In this document: in pieces, positions 26,900-38,599 of the stretch
How the letters are laid out: every line of letters begins with the position of its first letter
How positions within the stretch are numbered: position 1 is the first letter of the stretch
From: Convolutriloba macropyga
Lineage: Eukaryota
Assembly: GCF_964194025.1 (NCBI RefSeq)
Contig: NC_134479.1
Coordinates: forward strand, 1,736,001 to 1,800,000
Direction of reading: 5' to 3'
Length of the DNA: 64,000 nt
Made by a program: the position numbers and the translations under genes
Notes under the pieces: model-generated
The model's database searches: none
What the model saw: only the letters and a program-made list of their open reading frames with translations
What the model was told of the DNA's origin: nothing

Positions 26900-29800
26900 C
26901 TGCTGATCTTTAACATTTGAGTAATCATTGTACAAATACCTCAAGATATACAGAACTTCTGGCGCGTGCCGGACAAAACAAGAGCATAGAAAAGTGTAAA
27001 ATGTAAATATGAATACCGGTTAGCAATATCACAAATTCCTGCGTTATGGGTAAATCCAATAACGAAAGATAACTAAGTGGTTTTTATAGCAAATATACTT
27101 GAGAAAGTTTACAGGATATTGATAAAGTAAATATATATTTTCTCATCTTAATCAGGCAGAAAAGTCAACTCTGTATATGGCCTTGAAATTATAGCAAATA
27201 TAGCATTAAATAAGACGATGAGGGGAAAAATATCATTATTATAGGGAACGTTCTTTAGGACGTTACACTCCTGCATTACGTTGCTTTAAAACCCTAAATA
27301 AATTCGGGGATTATCATATGGAAAAGTGTCCTTATATGATATGGAAAACTAGAGTCTACTGTCTTAAGGGGTATTTTTCCATCAGAGAATTTCATACAGT
27401 TTGCTGTAAATCGCTGGAAGAATTTAGTTTTGCGATGAAGGTACATAACCAAAATGTGAAGGAGAATGTTCCAATGAAGACTGTAATGGTCAGAGTTGGG
27501 TAGAGCTTTATTGGAGTATATGACTCTAATTTGTCAACCAGAGACGGCTTGAGGAGTTGCATTTTGTGGACTAAATGAGCTGCTATTTTCTCTAAATCGG
27601 CTTGTTTACGAGCATCAGTTGTACTGATCACTTCTACTCTCAATTGTCGAAATAATTCAATATTAGGATCAGTCTTCGACGTAAAGTAAGGGAGTTTATC
27701 AATTTCAGGTAGCGGTGAGATTAAGTGTTGAAGAGGGTCAGCAAATTTAACATCGATTCGAGTGGCTGGAATTGTTTCGCAACTCGAGAGGTCCGGTCGG
27801 ATTTTAATGTTTTTGCTGATCAATTGGATTCCACATTGGAGAGTTATTATAAAAAGTTGGCATCCTTCCTTCTTTTCGCTTGTTGGCAACGAGGCATCGT
27901 TCTAATTGCATTCTCTCCAATAAATGATTTTGCGCTCATGATTAGCCAGATCCCGTAACCGAGATTTCTGGCAGTTTCAGGCGTTGGGAGCAAAACTTTT
28001 TCTGTTTGTCATACTGATAGTGCAACAATTGGGGTGTGGAAACCGAGTGTTGCCAAGCAAGACGACTGTGCTAGGTGAGTCTCCATAGTTTCGTGACATA
28101 TACGATGAGTTGAAGATCATAGACAGTTATCAAGTTGTTGTATCAGCATAGTCGTTTCCATGGAAAACTGCAAAACTGCCAAGTATGGGCCTTCGATGAT
28201 CCATTGTAGGGCTTCCTTGGGATCCTGTTGTGGCATTGGTATGACTTGAGCACTGTAGACATGGAATTACGTTTGACGGGATGCAAGGGGAATTGATAAA
28301 ATTAAAAGTAGTCCTTGTTCGACAGTGGCGATTTCTTAAACAGGTTTGGCATCATAGTACGACCTAAGATCCTTCATAGGTATTGCCAATGACAAACAAT
28401 CAATTGAATGTCTCTGGCTATCATGAACTGAATCTAAGACTGCTAATAATGATTCACGGGGCACTAATGACATTGGTAATCGTTTATCCAAAAGGATGGG
28501 TATGGAATTTAACAAATGTATACTATAGGCATATAACACTGAACGGTAACTTTTGGTTGATGTCTGCATATAAAATTAATAACAATGAGACTGCAGTGTC
28601 GAAAATAAAGTTTAATTGTTGATTTGAGACGAGCATTTGTGTACAATATTGAAGAAGATGGAAATTATTCTCCTGAATATGGAATTGATCTTGTACTACT
28701 TTCCAGGTTTAATTTTGATTAACGTGCATTTCCTGCTGGGTTTCGGAGACTAAATATTTCATTTGAGATAACGAAGAATTTTTCATTGCTCTCTGACTCA
28801 GCCTCGAGTACATAATCGGCAAGATCGGATGCGTAATCGTAATGTCGTGCAATTTTTCTGCATTTTTGCGTCCGTAATTGCGGCGTTTTCCAAATAATTT
28901 AGTTAATCCGCATCCTTCCGAAATAGCCATTGAAACTCCTAGGGATCCAAAGAGTGCTATTCCAGCAACTGCGGCGGCCACTGCTACTGATGCTGCACGT
29001 TTTTGTCTGCTTGTCCAGTTTCTTTTCAGGACTTCACAAATTTGCGGTAACGTTGCGCATATGTTTCACTTCGTTTTCTGCTGCGTTTGTTTCATGAGTG
29101 ATTTTTGAGAGCATCCAAGCTAAGTTGAAAGGTCTATTAGATGACTTAAATGGTTGAAAAATTAAATGGGCATATAGTTGACGGTTGTGTCCATATGTTG
29201 CTAGTTTTTCCAGCATATCTTCAATTTGTTTTTTCATAACGAAATCGTAATGCGGGAAGGTAACTAAGAAATCGACGTTAATAAACTGGAAGCAAAAACT
29301 GCAATTCCATGAGAAAAAGAATTCTTTTATTAAGTGCTTCATATTTGGTCGGCGACTCTTTGTTAATAATTTCAGAAACTAAGAAAATAGAAAGAACTGA
29401 AATTGGTGTTTTCATCGTGAGAAGTAAGGAGTTCAATAGAGACCAACTGTGTTGTTCGACTAGCTTTTGCCTCAATTGTTGACATTACCATACTAGTTGA
29501 TGTTCATTTTGTGGTAAATACTTGCGCTAGCATTTTATAAGTTGATTTCCAATTTCGGTAATGTTGATGTACGATTTGTAAATAAACATAGTTTCTCTCA
29601 GCTGCACGGGTCCAGGCAGCGCTCAACCTGCGCCAGGGGGCAAGAAATTAGGTTCTCACGGCACCATTTTGCAGCAACACTGATCGAAGTTGCGCCACTT
29701 GCGGCTAATAATGCTAAACAAGTAGGGTCATTTTTTCCGAGTTTTTCAGATCTACAAAATGTGTTTCAACGTGGTTGTGTTGAATTCATTTTTATCATGT

Positions 29801-32800
29801 TGCCCTAACGGAACCTTCAATTTTAAAGAAAAAAATTCAGACTTTGCTCAGCTTTTGATGGGCTTGGCATTCATTCTGATTTCCATCTCCATGTGTATTT
29901 TGTGCGGGCTGAAATACAGTAAAAGAATTAATGAATGGTTCAAAAAAATTGCAGATTTTGTCTTGCGTTTGAAAAATTATCTTCCCCGCTCAATCTAATC
30001 CTCAACAAAATGTGCATTGTTCAGTTGATTTAGTGATGTTCATATAGCTGCGTTTGTGTTTAGCATGTGTTTGGCGTTAAGTCGCGTAGCTCTGTGCAAA
30101 ACATCAATGTGTTGTTGAGTTTGTCATTTGCTCAAAATGCTCGATACTTTGAGACTGAAGAAATTGTTACATTACTTGTAGTTTTATTTAGGGCCGGCTG
30201 TCTCTAAGCTTAATTATGTTACCAAGTACACTTGTGTACTCAGATGTGTAGTAGTAGTAGTAGTGAGCTGGTACTAATTCTTGGTAGTAGTGAGCTGAAG
30301 AAATCTTTGCTATTCAGTCATCCAAAGCCCTATAACATTTGCTTATTGTTAACCTCGAGAGTAGGAAGAAACAGAAGAACGTTTTATTATTTTATTAATA
30401 AACAGAACATTTATCTTATCATATAGGCGGAGCAGGGGATCTTATAATACAGCCAGCCTTTGCCGTTCATTCCGTAAATACTGAAGCGTTTAAGATCAGT
30501 GATAAATTGCAGTGGTCATTAGTTACTGGATATGAGGGCATTGATAGCAGTGTAAAAGGACAAGGCAGAAAACTTTTCAATCATTTTGCATATGGTTTTG
30601 ATCGTGTTAAGTTTGTAGAAGAGTTAAGCGAGCGTGGCCATAATTATCTAACACGCTTGTTGAAAATCCACGACTATCGTACAGCGGCTAATGAATGTAA
30701 GGAATCAAATGGAACCAGTTGAAAATCGTTTCACACAGCCAGCAGTACAAGCACGCATGCAACTGTTCTTTTCCGTGCTGGCTTTGATGTTGGTCTTTGC
30801 TATCGATCTGCCCCGAAAAGGAAGACCTCGGCTAAGTTAGCTAAAATAGATAATATTCGATCGAAGCAAAAGACCAAGCGTGAGCTAGTGAACAGACTAA
30901 CAAACAATACTGACAATGAATTGGCTGAGCGGCGTAAATTGGCGGTTGTCATGGAGGACATCAACGAAACTGCTCCCCGTAAATTTAAAGAAGTGAATTC
31001 ATTTGTTTTATTAGCACGCCTTTGTTGTTTTATTCGATTTAACATTATCAAACAGTAGGGCTGCAAAACTCCTGTTTGTTTAAGACCCGGTACTGGCTAA
31101 AAATTGTGTATCTGTAGCAATCGTGGAGGCTCTAATTGTGACGGATTTAGTTAAATCAAATTTCTCGCCTCAATCTGATTTTTGATTACAGCAATGGATT
31201 GACCACAGTTAAGTATTTTCTTGAAGATTTAGCAAAAAATCAAAAAACCATTCGTTAGCATGTACTTTGGTCTCAGCGTGAACGAAGTTTGCGAGCTCTT
31301 ACTGTAAAATTGCAAACACAGTGAGTTAAACAAACTTGCGCAACTAATTTTAATTTATTCGCGTGTTTGATTTTTCCCTTTAAATTTTCCAATTTCTTCA
31401 CTTTCAAACCCTTTTTTTCCAGCGGCCCCTATTATTTTGTTTTAAGTATTACACATTGAGTCGAGAACTGTAAACTGTGACCAGCAGAGTTTTATTATCA
31501 CTCACATTTCACTCAAACTGCCCATTCTTTCGGCGCGTTTGATCTCAGTTTGAAGGTAAGAACTTTATTTACATGTCCGTTATCCGTATTCTAATTCAAC
31601 TATGTATTCCTACAATCAATTTCGCTCGGCTACGACACTTCTTTAGTGAAACTTTGCGTCTTCATCAAGATGTTTGCTTTCAAAATTTTAAGCTACTTCT
31701 GACTATTAAAATTGGGCAATCAGACTGTATAAAACTTCGAAGGAGTTTTTGATTTGGCCATTTTTTGTTTAAATCATTAGTACGGAAGCCAATCTCAATA
31801 GAATGGTGGTATAGTTAGCTTCTCTCAAAGTACTTTTTTTGATTTGTATGCGTTTTTGATTTTTTGGCCAATTTTCAGGGGTCTCAATTCCAAAATTATG
31901 TCTGCAGTACATTTAACCAGATGGTCTCAGACTCGTTCCTAGAGGACATGGGTCCTTGTTTGTATTGGTGGGGGTCTCGGAAAACGAGCCCGGGAATCTG
32001 GGGGCTTTTTCGTGCTCTAACTTAGCCATTTTTGAGGGTCAGTTTTGCGTATTCAATTTTTGAACATTCTCTCGAAAGTTCATTTTTCTCCGATTGAAGT
32101 AAATACCCTCAGCTTTGGCTTTTCAGCATCATTGACAACATAAGTGGAGGCTATGGATGTACTTTTTTGTCTAAGGTTAGTTTTTGTTGAGGAGATTTGA
32201 GATAAACGATGTAAAAATTTTACGTTCCTCAGTTAATTTCTGACTTTTGGCGCTCTTTTCGGCTCCCTTGGACTAGAAAATGCGCATCAAATCGTTAGTT
32301 GGCCACTTCACATTGTTAGTTAGTGGCCGTGTTATAGTTGTATAGAGGTACTTTTATGGGGACATCCGAAAAAACTTCAATAATCTGTCGTAAAAAACGA
32401 TAGCGAAAGTTGACCGAGACCATATCGGAGTTTTGGTGAACTTATCGAGCGTATGTTGTGCTTTAAGATAAAAAATCGTAGTGTGTGAAGAGCAACTGAG
32501 AAGGTATAATAGGTAGGCTCATCATAATAAGTTTCTTTCGTGACCAGGTTGAAGATATATCGATTTATAGTCGTATCATGAAATAAAACAACCTATTGGC
32601 GGTTTTAGCACGAATTCCAGACTTTGTAGTATTTCGGGGTAAAGATTAACAAAATGCCGAGCAAGACATTTACCCATCTTCATATCACTTGATATACAAT
32701 GTGGGCAAAAAAACCTGGTGTCAAGGAGCTCTATGATAGAAAATTTGTGCTCTGCTTTCTCCAATCTCAATTAAGTTTATGTTTGAGGCCGTTTGTTTGT

Positions 32801-33550
32801 CTTTTGACTGGCTTCGAGTCACTTGCTGTTACCGTCTACTGGTCCACTATGAACACTGTCTTTCAACGCCGGATCTTTCAACGTACTTGGTCCAGTTTTG
32901 TCTCTCCAGTTTGGTCTCTTCCTGATCGCCGTCACGACTCTCCAATTATTTGATGATTCTGTTCTTTCGTTAAAATAGACGACTGATTTGGGGATGCTGG
33001 CATCCGTGCGTTTGTGAACGTGAGCCGTAGCGTGCTACAGGTTCCCGTGAGTCAAATGTTCTGACTCCTCGCATGCTTCAAAGTTGACTCTATTTTGATT
33101 GTTCGAGTACTTGTTCCCGGTTGTTGTTCTGCGTTTTTTGTCATTTGCTATGCTTCTCTGGGGCTCAACCACTCCAGCGGATTTCTCGGCGAATTCACCG
33201 GTGAGGATGTTCCATTGGCGGTATTATGGTATTGGCGGTATTAGGGCACTATTGGTGGTACAGGGGCTACCAATGGCATTACAGCGGTACCATTTAGAGG
33301 AAGAGTAACACCGAGGCGTATTTGAGAAGGTTGAACTGTTACATTCTTTGAAAATGCGATAATTTGCTCTTGAGCTAAAAAAAATTTGGGTATACTCATC
33401 AAGTATTTCTGGCTCATTTCTAGTTGTTTTTCTTGAAGGGTCCACCTCAAATTTAGCAGGATCAAATCACTTTATGTCCTCTGGTGGCTCTGTCAAATTA
33501 ATAGGACGTAACCTTATCCGATGAACACATTGAGTATAATTTTTCCCTGT
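26900..33550 (-). mobile_element. Highly decayed env-bearing Ty3/gypsy-like element in cyclase intron 1 (boundaries approximate)
   Basis: Env relic plus upstream remnants: RNase-H-like LEKAEHKFSIIELL (~32750, cf. LxxAExNYSxxELE) and a degenerate zinc-knuckle-like segment (~33000-33080). Strand composition flips to T-rich on + across this block. LTRs not identified. Confidence 0.5.
27392..29415 (-). pseudogene. Envelope / class I fusion glycoprotein pseudogene of an LTR retroelement
   Basis: Fragmented co-linear ORFs. Signal-like MKTPISVLSIFLVSEII; furin site RQKR (28997-29008) directly followed by the hydrophobic fusion peptide AASVAVAAAVAGIALFGSLGVSMAI; then a helical region, a Cys-containing region (QQLDNCL..ICHETMETHLAQSSCLATL) and a C-terminal TM (LTITVFIGTFSFTFWLCTFI). 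Stops and frameshifts throughout. Confidence 0.8.
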
Positions 33551-34424
33551 TTTTCTTATGTAATTTGAATTTGTACTAGTTACTAATGTAATTAGGTACT
33601 AAGCCATAAGAATAAAGCAATCGCTGTGAAAAAGCAGTGCAAATGCTTACTTGATCGTGAAAAAACCAGTATGTCACATTTATAATGAGACTGTTCCGAC
33701 CAATTTAAATAGTCTGAAACTTCATTTGTTTTCATTCAGATTTCAAATATAAAACGTGAAAACAAATCTTGAAAAAATGCAGCGCCTCAACACCATTTCG
33801 GTTAAACCGTTTTTTCGGTTGCTTAAAAGAATAGTATCCCAATATAACTATGCTCAGCCTATAGACTTGCATCGATAAAAACCAGTAGTTAGGTTTGACA
33901 ATTGATTTCACGAAACACTGCCCATTCATTGTTTTTCACCAATTAATTTTTGAGAAAAGGAATTCTCGCAGTACAAAGCTTTATTGCAGGCATATCAGTG
34001 CTGAAATAATACTGCAGAGTAAAAGGAAACTTCGTAATTATGTATTTAAGTTTAAATTTGTAGTTTAAAGTTTATAAGTGTCTAAATTCAGCATTATACT
34101 AAATTCGTAAAATTATAAAAACTCACCAAATGAGAATTTCTCTAAAAAATACAAGTACTGTTTCTAATTTTCAAATGAACAAAACCTCAAGAAATGACTA
34201 AAAAGACAATGGGCCAAAAAGTGTCTCAACGTCTTTCCGAAAATTAAAATTTACTGAACGTCATCTAAAGAAATGAAATCCAGACGCCGAGATGCGATGC
34301 GATGAATCGAAACAAGGCAAAACGAGTAATTAAAAATGAGATATTAATGTAGCCAACAAATTGCCGGAAAATAAACATCCTTGAACCCCTTGACGCATAT
34401 CGAGATTGAAACAATGAAGAAAAA

Positions 34425-34979
34425 AACAGCCGGCAGATTGCCGGAAAATAGCCGCAATAGACGCTTGTGGCCTACCATAAATTGAAACAACTAAAAAATA
34501 AGATAGACAGATCGACCAACAGCTTTTTAATAGACCACTAGACTTTTTGGGTTAGATTCGGATTGTCATTTTTATGAGACACATTTGCTCTACAAGGAAA
34601 CAGCCCTAATGGAGCTTTTCCAGAATTAATACTCGATATTAAAACTCAAGACTCTAATACTCAGGAATTTGGGCATATAAGTTTGGCACTCTTAGATGCA
34701 CACTATTGACCTTTAATTAGTAAATGTTCCTAAAATTTAAAGTTCCATAAGTGAGTTCAGAAGTCATTTTTTTGAGTGAGGTAAGTCACGCAATTGAGTT
34801 AAGAGCAGAAATGACGGCACGAACGCAATTTTTAACTGCAACGCAGTAGAACTCACCGAAGTTATTGAAAAAGTCAATTCCAAGAAGTCAGGGTAAGACG
34901 AAACAAAAATCTGTTTGACGAAGTAAAAAAAACTAGGAGCGCAATAATAGCCGCCTGGAATTGCTGATGCGGCTATTAA
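34425..34979 (-). mobile_element. Helentron-like F1 element (body D, cap d)
   Basis: Homologue of 10617-11170; subTIR AATAGCCGCA / TGCGGCTATT. Confidence 0.75.
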
Positions 34980-36227
34980 AAACGTCATAAAAATTGTTTC
35001 ATTTATTCAAGTAGTAACTGGCATTCATAAAATTCAAATTCCTCCCCTCCGCAATCAAACCCCGTTAAATAGTTATACAAGAGCGACGGATTGTGCAAAA
35101 ACAACCCATAAATAACAAAACCCAACAAAACAGGCAGAAAACATCAAAAACAAAATAGGCCAAAACCTGAAACAATTTTATCAAATTTTTAACAAAAATA
35201 ATCGAAAACACAAGCAAATAAAAAGTTCCCGAAAGCCACTGGAAAACAAAATTTGACAAACGTTCCACGAATACAGTAAACATTTGAATAAGGATACAAA
35301 AACTGCTAAAAAGTGTCTAAAACATCAAACTGACAAAAAATGGACTAAAAATTGTATCTTAAACTCTATTTGCTTCGAATGGTTAATGGCGCTCCCAGAG
35401 GTACAGTTACTTGTTGATATAATTGAGAAAAACTATTTAGGCCGAAAAACTACAATTAGCTGCGAACCAATAGACTTGCGTGCCGTATAATATATATATA
35501 GAAACAGATACAGAAAAAGTAATTGACGCCACTCAAAAAGCTATGTAGAAAACATACAGAGATAAATTAACAAAGCTGGTAAAATTACAATCAAGCCTTA
35601 AAGTGTAGAAGTCATTTTATTGAGTGAGGTAAGTCACGTACGATCAAAATCTAATCACGCAATGATCTAAAAAAACGTTGGTTAGGGGGAGTGAGAAATG
35701 ATGTCACGCGCACAAATAGCGTTAGTGAGAGGACGAAGTCTTTTAGAGAATTTGACTTTTTGGACTTTGCTGTGTGAACAAAAGTAAAACGAAAAATGAG
35801 GGTCAGACGACGAAACAAAAAAAAACACGAAAACCGCAATTTAGCTTCGCAACTTCATCAAAAAATTCGCACGAGATCAAAAAATCGCTCGCTTGGCAAT
35901 TACTTTTTTTGTTTTCGCGCGCTCTCTCTCTCTCTCTCAACAACTGTTGAAAACCACTCTAAATTATCGTTCTGCTTTTTTTCAGCAGATCGATCTGAGC
36001 AGTTCTTTCCACGTGCGGCATTTGACTTACTCGAAAACACATCCTGTAATATAGAAGTCATCGATTTTTTTAAAGGACAACTTTTACTCCTTTTCAGTCG
36101 TGAAAACAGACAGCGCCCGAATATAACTGAATTTCTTTGAATTGTGTAAGAGAAGGCCTAAATAATATTCCGTGAAAGGTTGGTGGCAGCTATTGATTAC
36201 TTCCGTTTAAATAGGAGTAGTACTGAC

Positions 36228-36641
36228 CCATGGTAAGAGGGTGGTGCACATGGGTCCGAAGAAGCCATGAATGTCGTTGTCTGAGTAAGTGATGACAGCT
36301 GCAATCGAGTTCTTCTTATAATCACAATCAGTGTCCAAGTAGCTGATTTTAAAGTAGAAGTTGGGCAGTAACTCATCCACCAGCTTCTCTATGCTCATCT
36401 TCAGTGCCACCAAAGTGGAGTTCAGAGACATCGGAGAGGAGGAATAGTCCGCCTTGTCAGGCGCAAGCACTCCCAACCTGAACTCTGTTTTCCAATTGGC
36501 TTCACCTCCAAAAACTTCTCGGCCACCTATGAACTTGTTTGCGGTATCTTTGGCCCCATCTGTATGAGCGAGAGTAATGAGCAAAACTATCGCCGCACAC
36601 ACCATCCGAAAGTTTAACAATGAGCAGTGCATAGTTGTCAT
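36228..36641 (-). CDS. Receptor guanylyl cyclase (NPR-like), first coding exon: signal peptide and start of the ANF-receptor ligand-binding domain
   Basis: Hydrophobic signal MVCAAIVLLITLAHTDG, then FRLGVLAP...FKISYLDTDC...IHGFFGPMC, matching the NPR pattern (VGVLLP...DSxC...FLGPGC). Donor TGG|GTCAGT at 36228/36227, phase 0. The start codon could be 36641, 36632 or 36605. An upstream acceptor-like TTTTGTGTTTAG at ~36746 suggests a further 5'UTR exon. Confidence 0.88.
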
Positions 36642-36715
36642 TTGTTGACAGATATCTGGAATAACCAACTGGAATTTAACCAATAGTTCTTCTCATCTTC
36701 GTCTTCTGTTTTCAT
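36638..36715 (-). other. Upstream ORF (25 aa) whose TGA overlaps the first in-frame ATG of the cyclase (ATGA)
   Basis: ATG at 36715 reads MKTEDEDEKNYWLNSSWLFQISVNK*. The stop at 36640-36638 overlaps the ATG at 36641-36639. Confidence 0.45.
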
Positions 36716-38599
36716 GCAGTCAATTCACGAAATGCCAAGTCTAACCTAAACACAAAAGTGTTGATACAATCGACAAAGAATAGTTTTTCAAATACCAAAT
36801 TTAATTAATTTTTATCAGTTTCAACAGTTTCAATGGCACAGTAGAAATTCGCCCTTGCTGAGTTAGCTTGAAATGCGGCAAACTAATTCTTATCTGCCTT
36901 TTGTAATTTTCTCAAATTGAGGTATCTTATTTTAATTGTTCCGAAGAACCCAATTAAAATGCCTGACAGGAATGCTGAAACAGCTTTCAGACTGTCGGAA
37001 AATAGCCGCCGTTGACTCAGACCGGGATTGAGACAAAAAAAAGAGACAGAAATTGACGAATTTCCTATCAAAAGTGTTCTAATTTGCTGCGAAGATTCAG
37101 TTAGATTCTAAACTAAAACCTAATACAGCTTCTAAATCGAAGGCTATTTAGCGACCAATACCAGCGAGCAATCGCTCTTAAGAAATTTGATAACCTAATG
37201 CACAATGACTTAATGACCGGGCTTTATCCGTTTTACCCTATATCTTTTGATTTTGCTCTTTTGACATTGACCGTATTCACTACACTGCATAATTCAATGA
37301 GTGGACAAAAAATTAAAACCCATTCAGTAGGAACAGTCAGTGAGGTCAGACAGGAGTCAAACGTGACTGTAAAACGGGACACGTGAATGAAAGGTAAAGC
37401 GAATTAATAACATAAACCAAGAATAGCACAAAACCAAGGTTATAACTTTAAATTTACATTTTTGAAGATTAAAAAAAAAACCAATATTTGCAAACCAAAA
37501 AATTGAATGATATTATGACCTGCCAATTGCTAAAAGAAGTTATCTTAAAATAGCAAGATGTAGTCTTAAAAATCACCAAAAACACAAAGGAAAAATCGAA
37601 TCTGCGCATCTTTGAATGGGTACACAATACATCACCTTTTTGCAAATCAAATGACAAAGCAAACAGGATGCCAGCACTAAAGAAATTGGCAAAGGACATT
37701 TTCTAAAGTCAAAGACATCAACGTCAGAAAAACGACAACCAAAGTCCTTAAAACAAGTACAAAATACAAGTTGAGTCAAAATTTTCTTCAGCAGTTCTGA
37801 TGGCTGAAAATAACAATAGAATTATTCACCTAATCATTTCGAAAATATACTGTAACTTCACTTAAGGAAGACATTTACTAAAAGTTGGAACAAATGAAAT
37901 ATCAACTAGAAATTATTGAAAAGAAAGAAAGTCAGAATCAAACAAACGGTTGCTTTGGACTCAATCAACAAATTAAAATTGCATGTCGAAACTAGGCAAC
38001 TCATGAAACATTTAATTAAGGAAACTAAGTGAGATGAAAACATTAAAAACAACCAGTACTGAATAAATTTCGCAAACACTTTTTTGAGACGAAAATTATA
38101 AAGTCACGAAACGCATTTGCTACAAATTGAAAAATTATCAGTCAAATAAATCCCAAATTGAAAGCGCAGAAACCCATAATTAATGCGATTAAAAGATCAG
38201 ACAGCAATAACTGCGAGAAACGTTAACAGAAACAAAAGTCGCTCAGATTTTCTGAAATTGAACAGCATGCAAGTCAAACATCGCAGAAGCTAAGAACTAC
38301 AGGAATTACTTCTATTAACTTAAACCTCTGTATCAAGGGATGAGATTTTTCTTTAATCGACTATGATATGAGAAAGCAGAGAGGAAAACAAAAACTTGGA
38401 AAAATCTATCTTGAAAACAATTGATAAAGTCAGATAAATCATCGCCTTTGACATGAAAAAATAAAATCGAGAAACATAAACCAAATCAGCAATCAAAGAA
38501 ACCTTTACTTAATGAGATTGAATGATAGGCAACAAAAAGTACCAAACTCGCACACTTCAAAATTCACTAATAAATTTTGGAAACATAGAGTAAAAATCA

